DNA of 64,000 nucleotides from Vitrella brassicaformis CCMP3155 (lineage: Eukaryota > Protista > Chromerida), in NCBI GenBank assembly GCA_001179505.1, contig CDMY01000656.1, positions 186,001 through 250,000 on the forward strand. The letters run 5' to 3'. Each line of letters begins with the position of its first letter. Position 1 is the first letter of the stretch. Under the pieces are notes generated by a model. The model ran no database searches. It saw only the letters and a program-made list of their open reading frames with translations, and was not told the origin of the DNA. This document shows positions 48,665 through 61,309 of the stretch, one piece after another. The translations under genes were made by a program, and so were the position numbers.

Positions 48665-51600
48665 TGGGGACCGGCGTATGTGTGTGCGGGATCTTACCGT
48701 CGTCAGCTTTGCCCACAGCCTTGCCCAGCGTCTCCATCGCCCGACAGACCTTCAGCCACCTCCCCTCCCGCACAGACCCCATCACCACAGGCATCACCGA
48801 CCGCAGCGGCATCCTCTCACCCACCGCACACACAAAACCGTCCACGGCGGCCCGCAGCTCCTCATGCCGTGACGCAAGGTGCGTCAGGAGTGGGTGGGCG
48901 GCGAGCGTGACGCACCGATCGATGTGCGAGAGCAGAACGCTGCCCAGCCGATGTGTGAGGGAGGTGAGGGCGTGCAGCGTGGTGGCGAGGAAGTTGTGAT
49001 AGCGGTCGCTGGTGCAGAAGGACTTCGTGCTGCTGCCGTCGGTTGTGTGTTGGGTGGCGAGGAGGGTCTCCATTGCTGTCAGCATGGCAGGCACCATCTG
49101 ATTGCCTGGGGCCAGCAGGCTGTCCTTGTCGAGTGACGCACTGGCCGACGACACGAAAGACCCCACACACACACCAACCTGCCGTCGCACACACAACACA
49201 CAGAACCGTCGACACGAAACACAGGGAGAGAGAGAAGAGAGAGAGGGGGCGAACTGACCTGCAGCATGTCGTTCCTCCCATCAGCCGACAGGTCTTCTTT
49301 CCACAAGGCCGGCAGCCTCTCGCCGAAGTAGCCCACCACATGCGGCAAAACATGGTCCGCAAACACGCCCCCGAACAGGCTGCCCGTCAGCTCCACCAGT
49401 GCGCTCGCGAACGACCAGTAGTGCCGGAGAAGGGGCGGGGGGCAGGCTGGCTCGCGTCTGAGGACTTTGCGCGCGAGGTAGGCGAGAAATCGGCTGTAGA
49501 GGGGCGCGGCTGCTGCACTCGACGATCGGTGAGCCTCCTGAATGAAAAAGGCACCATCGGTGAAGGGAAAGAGTAAGTGAATGATTGTGACTGTATGTGT
49601 GTGTGAGTGTGCGTGGTCTTTCCTACTGGAAGGCTGGCCTTTTCTCGCTCGGCCTGTGTGGGGTGGTCCTTCTTGCGTCGCTTGGCTGCCCTTCTGCCCT
49701 CCTGGGACGACTCGGAAACCACCTGACGCGCCACCACGCAGACAGACGCACACCGATACTCGCTCGCGCAACACACGAATGGACAGCACGCTCCTGTGCC
49801 TGCCTTGCCTTTCTGTGGAGGGTTTTGAGGGCGGTCGTCATGCGTGAGAGCAGCCGCTGCAGCACCAGGGGGGCGAACCGCTCCCCACCATCGGTGTCGG
49901 GGTCCCCATCCTCGGCGATGTGGCAGCAGGAGAGGGCCAGCCGAATGAGGCCAGACATGGGCGACACCGACCTGTGTGGTTGTGCAGAGAGAGAGAGAGA
50001 GAGAGAGAGGATAACGGTGCTTGGCTGTGTGTGGGAGCTTACTTGAGAGTGTCTGCGATGACGGCGTTGCATTGTGTCTTGAGGGTGTCGATGTGCGGGT
50101 CACCCTCCTCTCCCTCAGCCTCGACAACATCCACCAAACGCTGCACACACACACACACAGAGAGAGAGAGTGAAGAAATGCCAAAGACAGACACCGTATC
50201 AATGCTCAAGTAAGGACGGACGGTTCTATCAGCCAAGACGACACACCTGTAAGTAGAAAAGTGCGGTCAGCGTGTCCGTCATGCCTCGCAGCTCCTCATC
50301 TCCCCGACAGACCGCCTCGTCCAGCCCAGCCGCACCAGTATAGCTCTCGATAAACCTGGCCGCCATCTTCAGAGCGAGAATCGCCACTCGGCTGGCCACC
50401 GAACGATCGCTGCAATCATTGCAGCACAGCAACCAGACAGAAACCAACACCATGCTTATGGGATGGGGGAAGTGACGGCGGGAGCTTGGTGGGTTCGGTC
50501 ACCTCACCTGGCCGTCTTGGATTGGAGGTAGGCAGCGGGCAGCAGGGTGGTCTCCCAGCTGGTGAGGTCTTGCTGCTCGCCGGCCTCCCACTCGGCGCGT
50601 ATTCCGTCTCTGTCTGCTGATCTCATGTAGAGGCCGACGGCGCTGCGCACCAGCTGGCCGATGGCTGTCATCTGCGCAGATGGGTCATACCTACACACAC
50701 AAGACAAGACAGAGAGAGTTGTCTGTCGTGTGTCTGTGTGTGTGTCTGAGGGGATGTTGCCCACCGGACCGACCTTTCCATGATTTCCATCCCGCAGGTG
50801 ACGACGGACTCGCTGCTGGTGTCCCACCGACCGCCCCCGGCCTCATCCCCATGCCCGTCTGCCTTCTTCCGTTTCTTCCCCCTCCTGCTCATCTCCTCCA
50901 CCATTTCCTCCACATCTTTCTCCCTATTCCGCCGCTTCGCCCATTTTCGCACATCGGCCGCGCCGCCCTCCTCCCAAGCCATGCACAGCAGCAGCAGGCT
51001 GCACCCCAGCGCACCCTCCGTGCCGATGGCGTCGATGAGGTCGGATGCGATAGAGGTGAATGTGGTTGAGAGGTGGGAGGACGGGTCGGTGAAGGAGAGG
51101 CGCGTGAGGGGGGAGAGGAGGGCGTGCATGACGGAGCGGGACCGGCGGATGGCCAAGGGGACCGACGCTGAGAGCAGGGACAGAGTAAAGGTGCACAGAC
51201 ACGCAGACACACAAGGAGAGAGGCAGTTAGAAACACACAAGCCCACAGGTAGGTATTTATTGTGTTCGTGTGCTTACCGGTTTCGTCGGTCGTCATCTCT
51301 CCTTCGTCTTCCAGAAGGTCGGCCATGACAATGGGCCCCAGGTGAGCCCTCAGTGCCGCCAACACCACCCCGTCCGCCAGCACACCCGCATCCCTCACAG
51401 CCACGTTGCCGAGGATGCCCATAACCCGCTCAAGCAGCCCTTCTCCGCCCCACCCCTCCTCCCTCGCCGCAAAACACGCGGCTGACGACGCCGCCACTCG
51501 CAGCACAGCCGATAGCAACGGGGGCGACAGGACCAGGGAAGAGTCCGCGAGCCTCTCCAGCGCGTCATAGAGAAGCGAAGCGGTGAACACGGTGGTTCCC

Positions 51601-54600
51601 TCCTCTGCATCTTGCATTTCCTCATCTCCATCTTCTTCGCCGGCAGCCGGAGAGGCCGCTAGGTCTCTCTGCAGCTGGATAGCGATGGACGCCAGCAGGT
51701 TCTGCGCCACTCGATGTGTCGGCGTCTGGCTGTGGTCGTCTTGTGATGCTGGTGGTGGTGGTGGTGGTAGGGCTGCCTGCGCGACACGGATGAGTGTGAC
51801 TGTGAGGGGGGCGGCGAGGGATGGGCTGGACGGCGGGAGGGAGGGGTGCAGCAGCTGCGTCCGAACCACTTCGGACAAAAGCACATCCTGCACAAGCAGA
51901 CGGAGAGAGAAAAACCGGCACATCTCATCTGGCTCTCTCTGTGTGTGCGCCCTCCGTTGCTCACGCGAGGTGCCCGCTCTGATGACTGTTCCGAGCCAAT
52001 CGCGTCAAGACACGCTGCTACCACTGTCCCGTCAAGCACCACGTGGCCCACCAGCCGCCTCAAAACACCAGCTACGCCACCACTGACCACCCCGTCACCA
52101 TCGCCACCCTCCTTGCCCGCACGATACGGCCACTTCGCCCCATTCTCGGCTAGTGACAGCACCAACTCACTCTGCTGCTGCTGCTGCTGGCCGTCCATCG
52201 ACGCCCATACACGTGGGTGCGTCAGGGGCAGCAGCAGCCACGCCAGCCGAGCGGTCCCCTCTTTTGCCGCACCTTCGCCCTCTGGCTGCTGCTGTTGCTG
52301 TGTGAGCGCATCCATGATGGGCGTGACAACGTCCGAGAGGTACGCGGACGAGAAGTGCGACCAGCCTGGTGAGGCTGTGCTGGTGCTGTCGCTGCCTCTG
52401 CCTTGGTCGGCGTCATTGATGAGTCGAGAGAAGACGTGCAGGAGAGTGCGGCAGGGGGCGGGAGGGGGCCCTGGGTGGTCTTGGTCTTCCTGTGGTGGTT
52501 GTGTCTGGAAGGCTGTGATGGCGTCTTCGGCGGCTTGCTGGATCAGTGGCATGGCACACGACAGGAGGGTGGGGAGCGGGAGGTGGTTTAATAGCGGAAT
52601 GGCGGAGGCCTGGATAAATCAACAGCCAGAAGATATCAGAGATGGTCGCGAGATCATGGCATCCATCACCTGGATGGGTGTTGGCATCCGGCTGATCCCC
52701 TGCAGAATGGCCGTCCCCAGCCTCATTGGGTCACCGCCCTTCTGATCTCCCTCTCCTTGGCTCACAAGACTGCCCACAATGGACGCCACCATCGCCTGAG
52801 CGCACACACACAAACACACACACGGGAGGTGCATGTGTGTGTGCGTGGGTAGGGTATATTCGTAGTCGCGTGCTGACCTGATCTGCCTCTATCTCAGCTT
52901 GCCTCCTTATGAGGGCGTTCTGCAGCATCGACCAAGTGGCCTTGTCGAGCGACACACTTGCACCTGTTGTGCCATTCTCCTCCCCTGCAGCGCTGCACAG
53001 CGCCCCCCGGCTGCACAGCACCACCCACACATGGTGAGCGAGAGCGTGGGCGTGTGTGTCCCTCCCTACCTCCCTCCCTCCCTGACACTGACCGTAGTGG
53101 GTTGGCGACGAGCTGCATGGCTGCCGTTCGGACCATCCTCGACGGCGACATGAGCAGCAGCAATGCCGGCACTACCACCCGCTGCATACAGGAACACACA
53201 TACACACCTCTCACTCTCCTGCACACACCAGACCCACCTGATCTGGCATGCCCTTGCCGCCCCTCTGCTCGCTCTTCAGCGCCTCATCCACCAAAGACAG
53301 TCCATTGACGCTCGCCGCCTCACTAGCCACCACATCGGTGTCACCAGAAGGGGCCGACAGCGATCTGATGGCCACGCCCATTGCGGCAGTGAGGGCGAGG
53401 GGACGTGAGGACGCCAGCACGGCCTGCAGGGGCGCCTGGAACGATTGTGGGTCGGTGAGGCACATGCGGGTGACGGTGACGATGAGCGGCTCCTTCTCTT
53501 GAACTGTGGGGGTGAGGGGAACGGTTGGGTCGATCCTGGTGGCGAGGGTGGCGAGGGAGGTCATGCCGTCGTTGAGACACGATTTGACACCCCGGTGGAC
53601 CTCCTCTGCAGACGGAGAGAAAGAGAGCATCTAATGTGTGTGTGGATGGATGGGATGTGCAGGACCTCCATTGGCCTTTCTCTGCATGACGCCCTCCCAC
53701 AAACTCTGGACCATCCCTTTGAGCCGATCCACCGTGTCCTCCTCCTCGGTCAAAGACGCCCTGCTCCCCAGGGCATCAACGGCCACATCCAGGAGGGCCC
53801 CACACGCCCACACCCCACCTGCTCTCAAACACAGAGGCACGAGTGACATCCATCCATCATCCTTTGTGTGTGTGTACCGATGGGTCCGCCTTCGACTGTG
53901 ATGGCCTGTGGGATGGTGATGAGGAGCGGTGGGGTGAAGGGCTGCAGGCATGGTGACGTCACCCTCAGGAAGAGCGCCCGCGACTGACGCAGAGACGACA
54001 CACACCTGACAGACATACACACACACAGAGATATGATCACATGGATGGATGGATGGATGGATGCCGCACCTGCCATAGACTTCTTTACACTGATTCAGGC
54101 CGCCAGCGCCATCACCACCGCCCCTCTCCCTTCTCCCCTTCACTCTCAGCCCCCCCAACGACACCGACCTCACGCACCCAACCAGGCCGCCCAGAAACAC
54201 TTCCACATTCGCCTCATCCGTCCCCAGAGCGGCCGCGAGGTCCTCAGGGGTGTCATAGTCGTTGACAGCGTGTAACAGGGTGAGCAGGAGAGGCAGCAGG
54301 CAGGGTGGACAGAAGGGCGGGATGGATGCTAGCACGAGCGGGAGCAGGCGCGACGCGCGGGAAGAGGCGAAGAGCGCCTGACCACACACACACACACGCA
54401 CACACAGAAAAGTCCACAGAGTGTGTGGGTTGGCCTCTACCTTGAGCAGCGTCATTGCTGGCCGGTCGTCGCCTGCCGACGTGATGGTGATTGGTGGCGT
54501 GTTGTCCTCCACCAGCCGCACTAGCAGGGACACCAAGAGGCTCGATGACGTGTCAGCGGGGACCAATCGCCACAGTGAGGAGCACGACAGCACCTGACCC

Positions 54601-56280
54601 ATTCATGATACACGAGAGTGGATGGGGGGGATGGGTAGGTGAGAGAGGGAGGGAGGGGGTGTCACCTCACTTTGTGTGCGGTGTCCGTGTCTGTGTCGAA
54701 CATCCGATCGGCGACAAAGGTCGCGAGGGATGAAAGTGCGGTGCTGCCCTCCTCCGACTCTTGGGCTGCCCGCTCCTCAATGTAGCTGAGGGCCGCAGTC
54801 ACCGACTGGAAAACCAAGCCACCCCACCCCAACAGACCACACACATGGACATGCGACTCTTGTGTGTTGTTTCTTCTTTCTGCATACCTGTGCCCTGATC
54901 TGATCGTTGCTGTCGACGAGCGCCTCGTACACACTCATGTTCGACGCCTTCGTGGGCAGCGCCATGGCGGCCCCACCAGCAGCAGTGGCAGAGAGCGTCA
55001 GAAACCTCACTAGAGGCGTGCATGGAGCCTGTGACACACACCACCCCCCAACACACACACACACGTCTTGCTCTGGTGTGTTTAGTGTGCGTGTGTGTGT
55101 GTGTGCGTGCGGGTCGCTTACGTTGCATTGCTTGAGGGTGTCCCCGAGTGCCTGATGTATGACGGCAGGGTCCCGCACCTCAATGGCCTTGAAGAGCGAT
55201 CTCAAAGCCTCCATCAAAGCCGGGGGGCCGGGCTCGTGACACGGCCCTCCTGCACACACACACACACACACACACGCGCACACACGATAGATGACGAGTG
55301 TCTGTTTGTCTGTCTGTCGGATACCAGGATATACCTCACTCTCTGCTGACCGTTCTGCTGGTCGTCTGCTGCGGGGGGTTTCCTTGCGGCTGAGTGAAAG
55401 GCGTCGAAGAGGGCCAGTGTGATCTCGTAGAGATACCGCTGGGACACACAGCCGGCAGCCGACGACTCGCCTGAAAACACACACACATACACACACAGAA
55501 GAGTGGCAAGAGGCATGCTGGAGACCACTCTCACCTTCCGGCACTTCGAACAGGCTGCTCAGCAAGCCCATGGCTGCCTGCCCGTCGTCAGGGGCAGTTG
55601 CCTTGTCGCTCCCTCCATGCGAGTCGGCAATGACGGCGATCGCCGACTGCACCAACGCCGTGAGCAGGGAGGAAAGGTCATGCTGCTCTCGGTCCAGCTG
55701 ACGCACAAGAGAAGGCGCGAGCGCAGATAATTGATGGCATTGTGGGTTCTGGCGTACTCACCTGTCCGAGGGCGTCCAGGAGATCGTCCTTCGCCCCACA
55801 CAGCGCCAGCACGCTCTTGCGCGGAATCACACCGCCAACGGGCATACCGTCTTCTCTTTTGGCGGCGTGCATGTCGATGAGCTTGGTGAGCACTCGCAGG
55901 GATGGCACCAGGCCGACAGGCCCGTCGGTGGTCTTGAGTGCGGTCTGGACGAGTGGGTGAATGGCCGACTGAGTGACGGGGAGGGAGAGGGGGGTGGTGG
56001 TGGCGAGGGCGTCCAGGACAGCCAAACATGCTGACATGACGAGAGCAGGATAATGCACTCATTGGATTGGATGAGTGCGTGTATGTGTGTGTGGGCGTGG
56101 GTGGATGTACCTTACCTGCTCTCAGCTCCTTCATTTTGGCGCCTCCCCTTTTGAGGCCACTGATGACCACCTCCAACACCTTGCGCACAAACCCGTCACT
56201 CACCTCTCTTCTCCCAGAACCTACACCAACAACGCGCATCTTTACCTGTGTGCCTATGTGCCTCCGATCCTCTCTCATTT

Positions 56281-56322
<42 letters not shown>

Positions 56323-57197
56323 TGTGTGTCGAGCTCACCAAGGCAATCGCACACGACGGAAGCGAATAGCGTGCAGTAAGGCAGGTTCCTCCTCTTGGGC
56401 TGGATGACGATCCGCTGCAGTGTGGCCGCCATGGCGTCCAGCACCGACAGGTCCCTGCCCATGATGTGGTTGACCAAAGTCGACCGCTTGATCGGCACCA
56501 GGGTCTCCCGCACAGATGACAGAAACGCCCTGCACACCATACAGCGAGGCAGATAAGGATGTGTGTTTGTGTGCGGATGCACCTCTGTCAGGCCCACCGA
56601 CCATTGGCTGTGTGTGGGTATGTTGAGCAGGGCCACGAGTTTGGCGAAGGGGAGAGAGTCGTGGAAGGGCAGGAACACGCTGATGATGTGGTCGGGCATG
56701 TGAGTCTGGATGCTGTGCTGCCGGATCAGATACTCGAGGCAGTGCTGGGCCTGACAGACACCCACACCCACACCCACACATACACCCACACATACACCCA
56801 CACATATGGCCACCACACACACAAAGACACATGCCATGAGTGAACGGTGCAGTGGTGATGTTCTCACCTCCTCGCGCAGCAAGTGCGGCGACAGCAGGTC
56901 CAACAGCTTGCCGACCATCTCGTCCATCTCCCCCGCCTCATCCTCACGCATAAACGACCTGTCCTTCCTCCGGCCCTCAAACACGGCACTCACCTCGCCC
57001 CAGCCGTCTGACTCATGCCCTCCCTCTGTGGCCAGTTCGGCGAAGCTGTTGGCTGCCAGCTCGTGGATCACCGAGTCTTCCACAAACGCCGCTTGTCGGA
57101 AGTCGAAGAGAAGGGAGGGAACGCCTCGCTTTGGCGGCGCGATGATTTGCCGGTCCGTGCGGAGCCGCTGAAGCTGCTTCTCGAGCTCGCTCGGCAT
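46536..57197 (-). CDS. UTP10: U3 snoRNP t-UTP subunit UTP10 / HEATR1
   Basis: N-terminus MPSELEKQLQRL..PSLLFD.RQAA, LLDLLSPHL, AQHCLEYLIRQHSI, FLPFHDSLPFAKLVALL. Long HEAT-like helical exons. BP28CT-like AIADAFACLSAKLTDQQLRPLFIKL. C-terminal SELLDGDDEGVEAVARRWMRHME. Confidence 0.92.
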
Positions 57198-57311
57198 GGA
57201 TGTGGGCAGATGCTGACAGATCTCGCCTTGGCGATGGCTGGGCGAGTCAACAACAAGCAGAACCTGGCAAACAAGCCAAGAGAGAAAGAGGAGATCGCGA
57301 TCGCCGTCTGC

Positions 57312-57325
57312 AAGCTTGGCTCGCA
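57312..57325 (+). promoter_or_regulatory. AAGCTTGGCTCGCA upstream motif
   Basis: 12/14 match to AAGCTAAGCTCGCA; ends 19 nt before the ATG at 57345. Confidence 0.65.
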
Positions 57326-57344
57326 AGAGGCCTAAGTAATCTCC

Positions 57345-58757
57345 ATGTTTCGGGCTGTCCACAGCTTCATCCTACTGCCCATTGCTGCATCTTTCGTTGC
57401 CCGGCGACCACAGAATCTCCGCAGCCATCAGTCCATCGCCCGCTGGCTCGCTCGCCGCGCGCCGATGTTGGCATCATGGGCTCTGCTGAGTGACAGGAAG
57501 CCGCCAGAGGATAGTCTGGAGATCGTTCGCGAGCGCGAGACTGCCCGGCCGCTGAGCGATGACGAGATGCGTGTGTATCTGATACGGCACGGGCAGAGTG
57601 AGTACAACAAGTGGAGGCGGGAGAGCTTCACAAAGCTGAGGTGGCGGGACATGATCACATACGACCCTGGTGTGTAAGGCAGCCAATGGATGGAAACTGC
57701 GGGCGCCTGGGTGCACTCTGCCTGCGTGTGTTTGTCGTGGGTGCCTGTCTGTCAGAGATCTACGATGCTCCGCTGACGGAGAGAGCCAGGGATCAGATCA
57801 GGAACCTCAGCCAAGTGGTATGGTGGACACAAATCACACACACCGTCGGCATCACTGGCGTCATGTCATGTGGCCTCCATCCGTCACTCACTGCCATCTC
57901 GGTGTGTGTGACAGTTGAACGCGAGTCTCGAGGCCGGCCGTCTTGAGATCGACGCCATCTACTCCTCACCCCTGTCACGATCCATCGACACTGCTGCCAT
58001 GGTCATCAAACAAACGTCAAGCATACACACACTTCCTCCATCTTGTCTTGTCTTGTCTTGTGTGTTAGTCAGGCCTTTGAGGGCAGCGACAAGCCGTTGC
58101 TGCTGCACCCCCTGCTGCGCGAGAAGTGCGAGACGACGGGCGACATCGGTCTGCCCAGGAGTGAGCTGCAGCGGCGGCACCCCCATTGGGACTTCACGCA
58201 CTTCCACGAACACGATGAGGAGTGGTGGTAGGCAGGAAGGCAATCATTGCCATGGATCCATGCGCACGGCTCCTGTTTCTGTTGCCTGCCACGATACTGC
58301 CTGCGGTATGTCAGGCACAAAGGCGACCCATCTGCGCCTCTGGCCTTCTTTCGAAAGATCCCACACGAGCCATCGACACTGCTGCACGAGTGAGTGAGCC
58401 CTGAGGGGTGCGAGGCGTGGCGATCGGATCCCTCAGGCACTACAGAGAGGCGTGCCGTCCACAGGGGTGTGTGTGGTGTGCAGGCGGACCGAGCGCTGGG
58501 CCAATTTCCTAAGTGGCCGCTCCGAGAAGTCCATCTGTGTGGTGGGGCACTCGATGTTCTTCAAAAGATGGACACGTGAGCACAGCAGCCATTCCAAAGC
58601 ATGTTGTGTGGCTGGCACCCACTTATTCCTTGTCGAGTCGACCCATGCCACGCCACGCCATGCCTTTGTCTGTTTGTGTCCCTCAGGTTCGTCCAAGATG
58701 CGCAATCTGGAGGTGCGTGCGTTCATCTTCAACAAGGCCACGCGCATACTCTCGTGA
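57345..58757 (+). CDS. histidine phosphatase (phosphoglycerate-mutase-like) with putative plastid leader
   Basis: VYLIRHGQSEYN, DAPLT, IYSSPLSRSIDTA, LHPLLREK, ICVVGHSMFF. N-terminal hydrophobic stretch then AAS-FVARRP. Confidence 0.88.
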
Positions 58758-59176
58758 ACTGAATGCAATGCAATCAATGCATGCATATGATCGGACGAAC
58801 GGACTTTGGTGGATGGGTGTGGTGGATGGATGGGTGGGTGTATGTGCGGTGTTTGTCGGTGTCGCTGTACAGACAGACGTGTGCTTGCATGGGTGTGGTG
58901 TGGTGTACATCCAGCGAATTGACCGCCCTGCGATCTGTGCGCACGCTACACGTTCCACTCGGTCTCGTACAACATACATAATGCACGAGCAGAAATGATT
59001 GCACACACCAGTCCACCCACCCACCCGCCCGCCCGCCCGCCCGCCAGACAGTCAGCTACTTGTGTCTTCTTCCTTGACGCCATCCGGCCGCCCCGCAGAA
59101 CACACACCAACAAACACACACAATGGACACATAGATCAGGTCGTCTGCATCATGTGTGTGGCTCTCACCTGTGTAT

Positions 59177-61042
59177 CTATGGTGCCTGGCCGTCGAGGAC
59201 GATGGGGGCGATGGGGCCGAGGACGAGACGCCCTTTGGCGGCCGTCAGGGGGAATCGCCGTGCGAATGGCGCGTCATTGGCCACACCTGCTGCCGGCGCC
59301 TCGGTGGTAGCGATGGTGATGCGGACTGCACGCAAACGATAGCAGATGATCGGACACCACGACGGCATGGGGGTGTTGTCGAGTTGCTCTTTCTTTACGT
59401 GTATGCGCACCGTTCGGGTCGGTGTAGGGAATGAAAAAGGCAATGTATGCGATGAATGCGTCGGCTGATGATGTCAGCACCTGAGCCTGCAGACACACCC
59501 CACTAATCGTGTCCATGCGATAAATGGGTCGCCCGACGTCGTCAGCACATGCACCTGCGCACAGGTCCCATCGGCCCGCTCCCATGCCGTCACGTGTGAG
59601 CACGCGTCGAGGGGCGTGTGAGGCGATTGGGTCATGATGCGGTCCAGATAACCTCCACGCACACCCCTGACACACACATATCCACGTTATGAAACAGACC
59701 ACGAGCGACCTGCCATCTTCATCCGTCCACTTACCGGTCTACTGGCATTGGTGGTGACTGGAACAAGTCGCCAAATGCGTCACTCCGGTGAGTCAGCAGC
59801 AGCCTCTTCAGCAGGGAACTCGCCGATGCGGAAAAGCCCCCGGCGTTTCCACCCCCCGTCCAGCCCACACCATGAGCCCACCAAATGCGGCTGCGGACGG
59901 GCGGGTCGTGCGGCCTGGCGTCCTGCTGGAAGGGGTGGCGGGAGAAGGGATGGACAGGGCGGGTGGGCTGGGGGAGGGGCGGGTTGAGAGTGATGGCGAA
60001 GCCGGGTTGGTTGTGGATGGCGCGAATTTCATTGTTGTAGCGGAAGAGCTGGAGTGTGCCGTCTTGCTGGCCGTTGGGGCGGCGGAAGGCCACATGGCGG
60101 CCGACGAGCATCCACTGCGCACAGAACCGGGGCAGCGACGAGTACTCCTGCATTCAAGACACACACACACACAAAGCCATTCACTCATTGCCACACTCAC
60201 AGTGCCTCTTCTCATGTGCGTCGTGCTTACCGCCTTGGTGGCGTGTGTCTGCAGATCTCCGGCACCCACAGTGATGGGCAGCTGGCAATAGCCGAGATGC
60301 TCAGCGAGGCTGAGAGTGTCCGCCACCTCCCCCCAGCCGCCCTCGCCCCCCTCCTCCATCAGCCACATGGCCTTCATCACATCGCCGTGGCTCAGCTGAT
60401 CGTCGGACTGCACCACACCGCCCACCCCCGCCCACTCGATTGCCTTCCGCAGCCAAATATTGAGGAAGATGGGCCGCAGGGCGTTTCTGAAGTGGCGGGC
60501 TGTCGCCTTGAGTCGGTCAACGGTCGTGAGGTCAGAGAGTGCCAGGACGATACTAATGGGTCCCGCGGGAATGTCAGATACGTGCCACCGCCGACCCTGA
60601 TGACACACAGAAAGACACACACGGAGCTGTGTGTGTGTGTGTGGTCTCCCTTTCACCTGGTGCGGGTGTGTGTTGTGAGTGCGATGGTCGAGTCGATGTT
60701 GTCCGCCAGCTGGGCCAGACGGGCCGATTCAGCAGAGAGTTGACGAGTGACATTGGCCACCATCTGATCAATGAATGAATCAGAGCACACGTGAGACCAT
60801 GGCACAGTTGCCTGGTGTTCTGCCAGTCTGGCCACACCAGTGGTGTGATCGCAGAGGTGTCCACCTGAGAGAATCGGCCGATGCCGTTGTTGACCTGCAC
60901 ACCACAGCAGACAACAACACAAAGCAACCGAACAATGTACATTGAACGGAGTGAGTGTCGATTGATTACCTACCCTCGCCTGATTGGTCTGATAGGCCTG
61001 AATCTGTGCCAACAGCTGATCCCGCATCGCTGCCGTTGACAT
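59177..61042 (-). CDS. lineage-family hypothetical protein with F-box-like motif
   Basis: MSTAAMRDQLLAQIQAY start; HVSDIPAGPISIVLALSDLTTVDRLKATARHFR (F-box-like); long coherent exons; ends RITIATTEAP...LGPIAPIVLDGQAP*. Confidence 0.65.
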
Positions 61043-61309
61043 CTGCAGCAGACGTCACATGGCAAACAACAACACAATCAGAGATCTACGTGCTTTTCCT
61101 GGCTCCTCTTCTCTCACCTGAGCAGCGCTGGCAGCCATCGTGCAGCCAAGCCACCAACAGCTACTTCTGCACGCCTCACCTCATCACCGCCAAGCCTCCC
61201 GTCGTCGTTTCGTCATCGACAGCACGCCTCGGCCCCTGGTTGGTTTGGGGCCCTTTCTCGACCGGGGAGCTGCTCTTCGATCCCTTCTCTTTTCCTTCCG
61301 CGTACAGCA

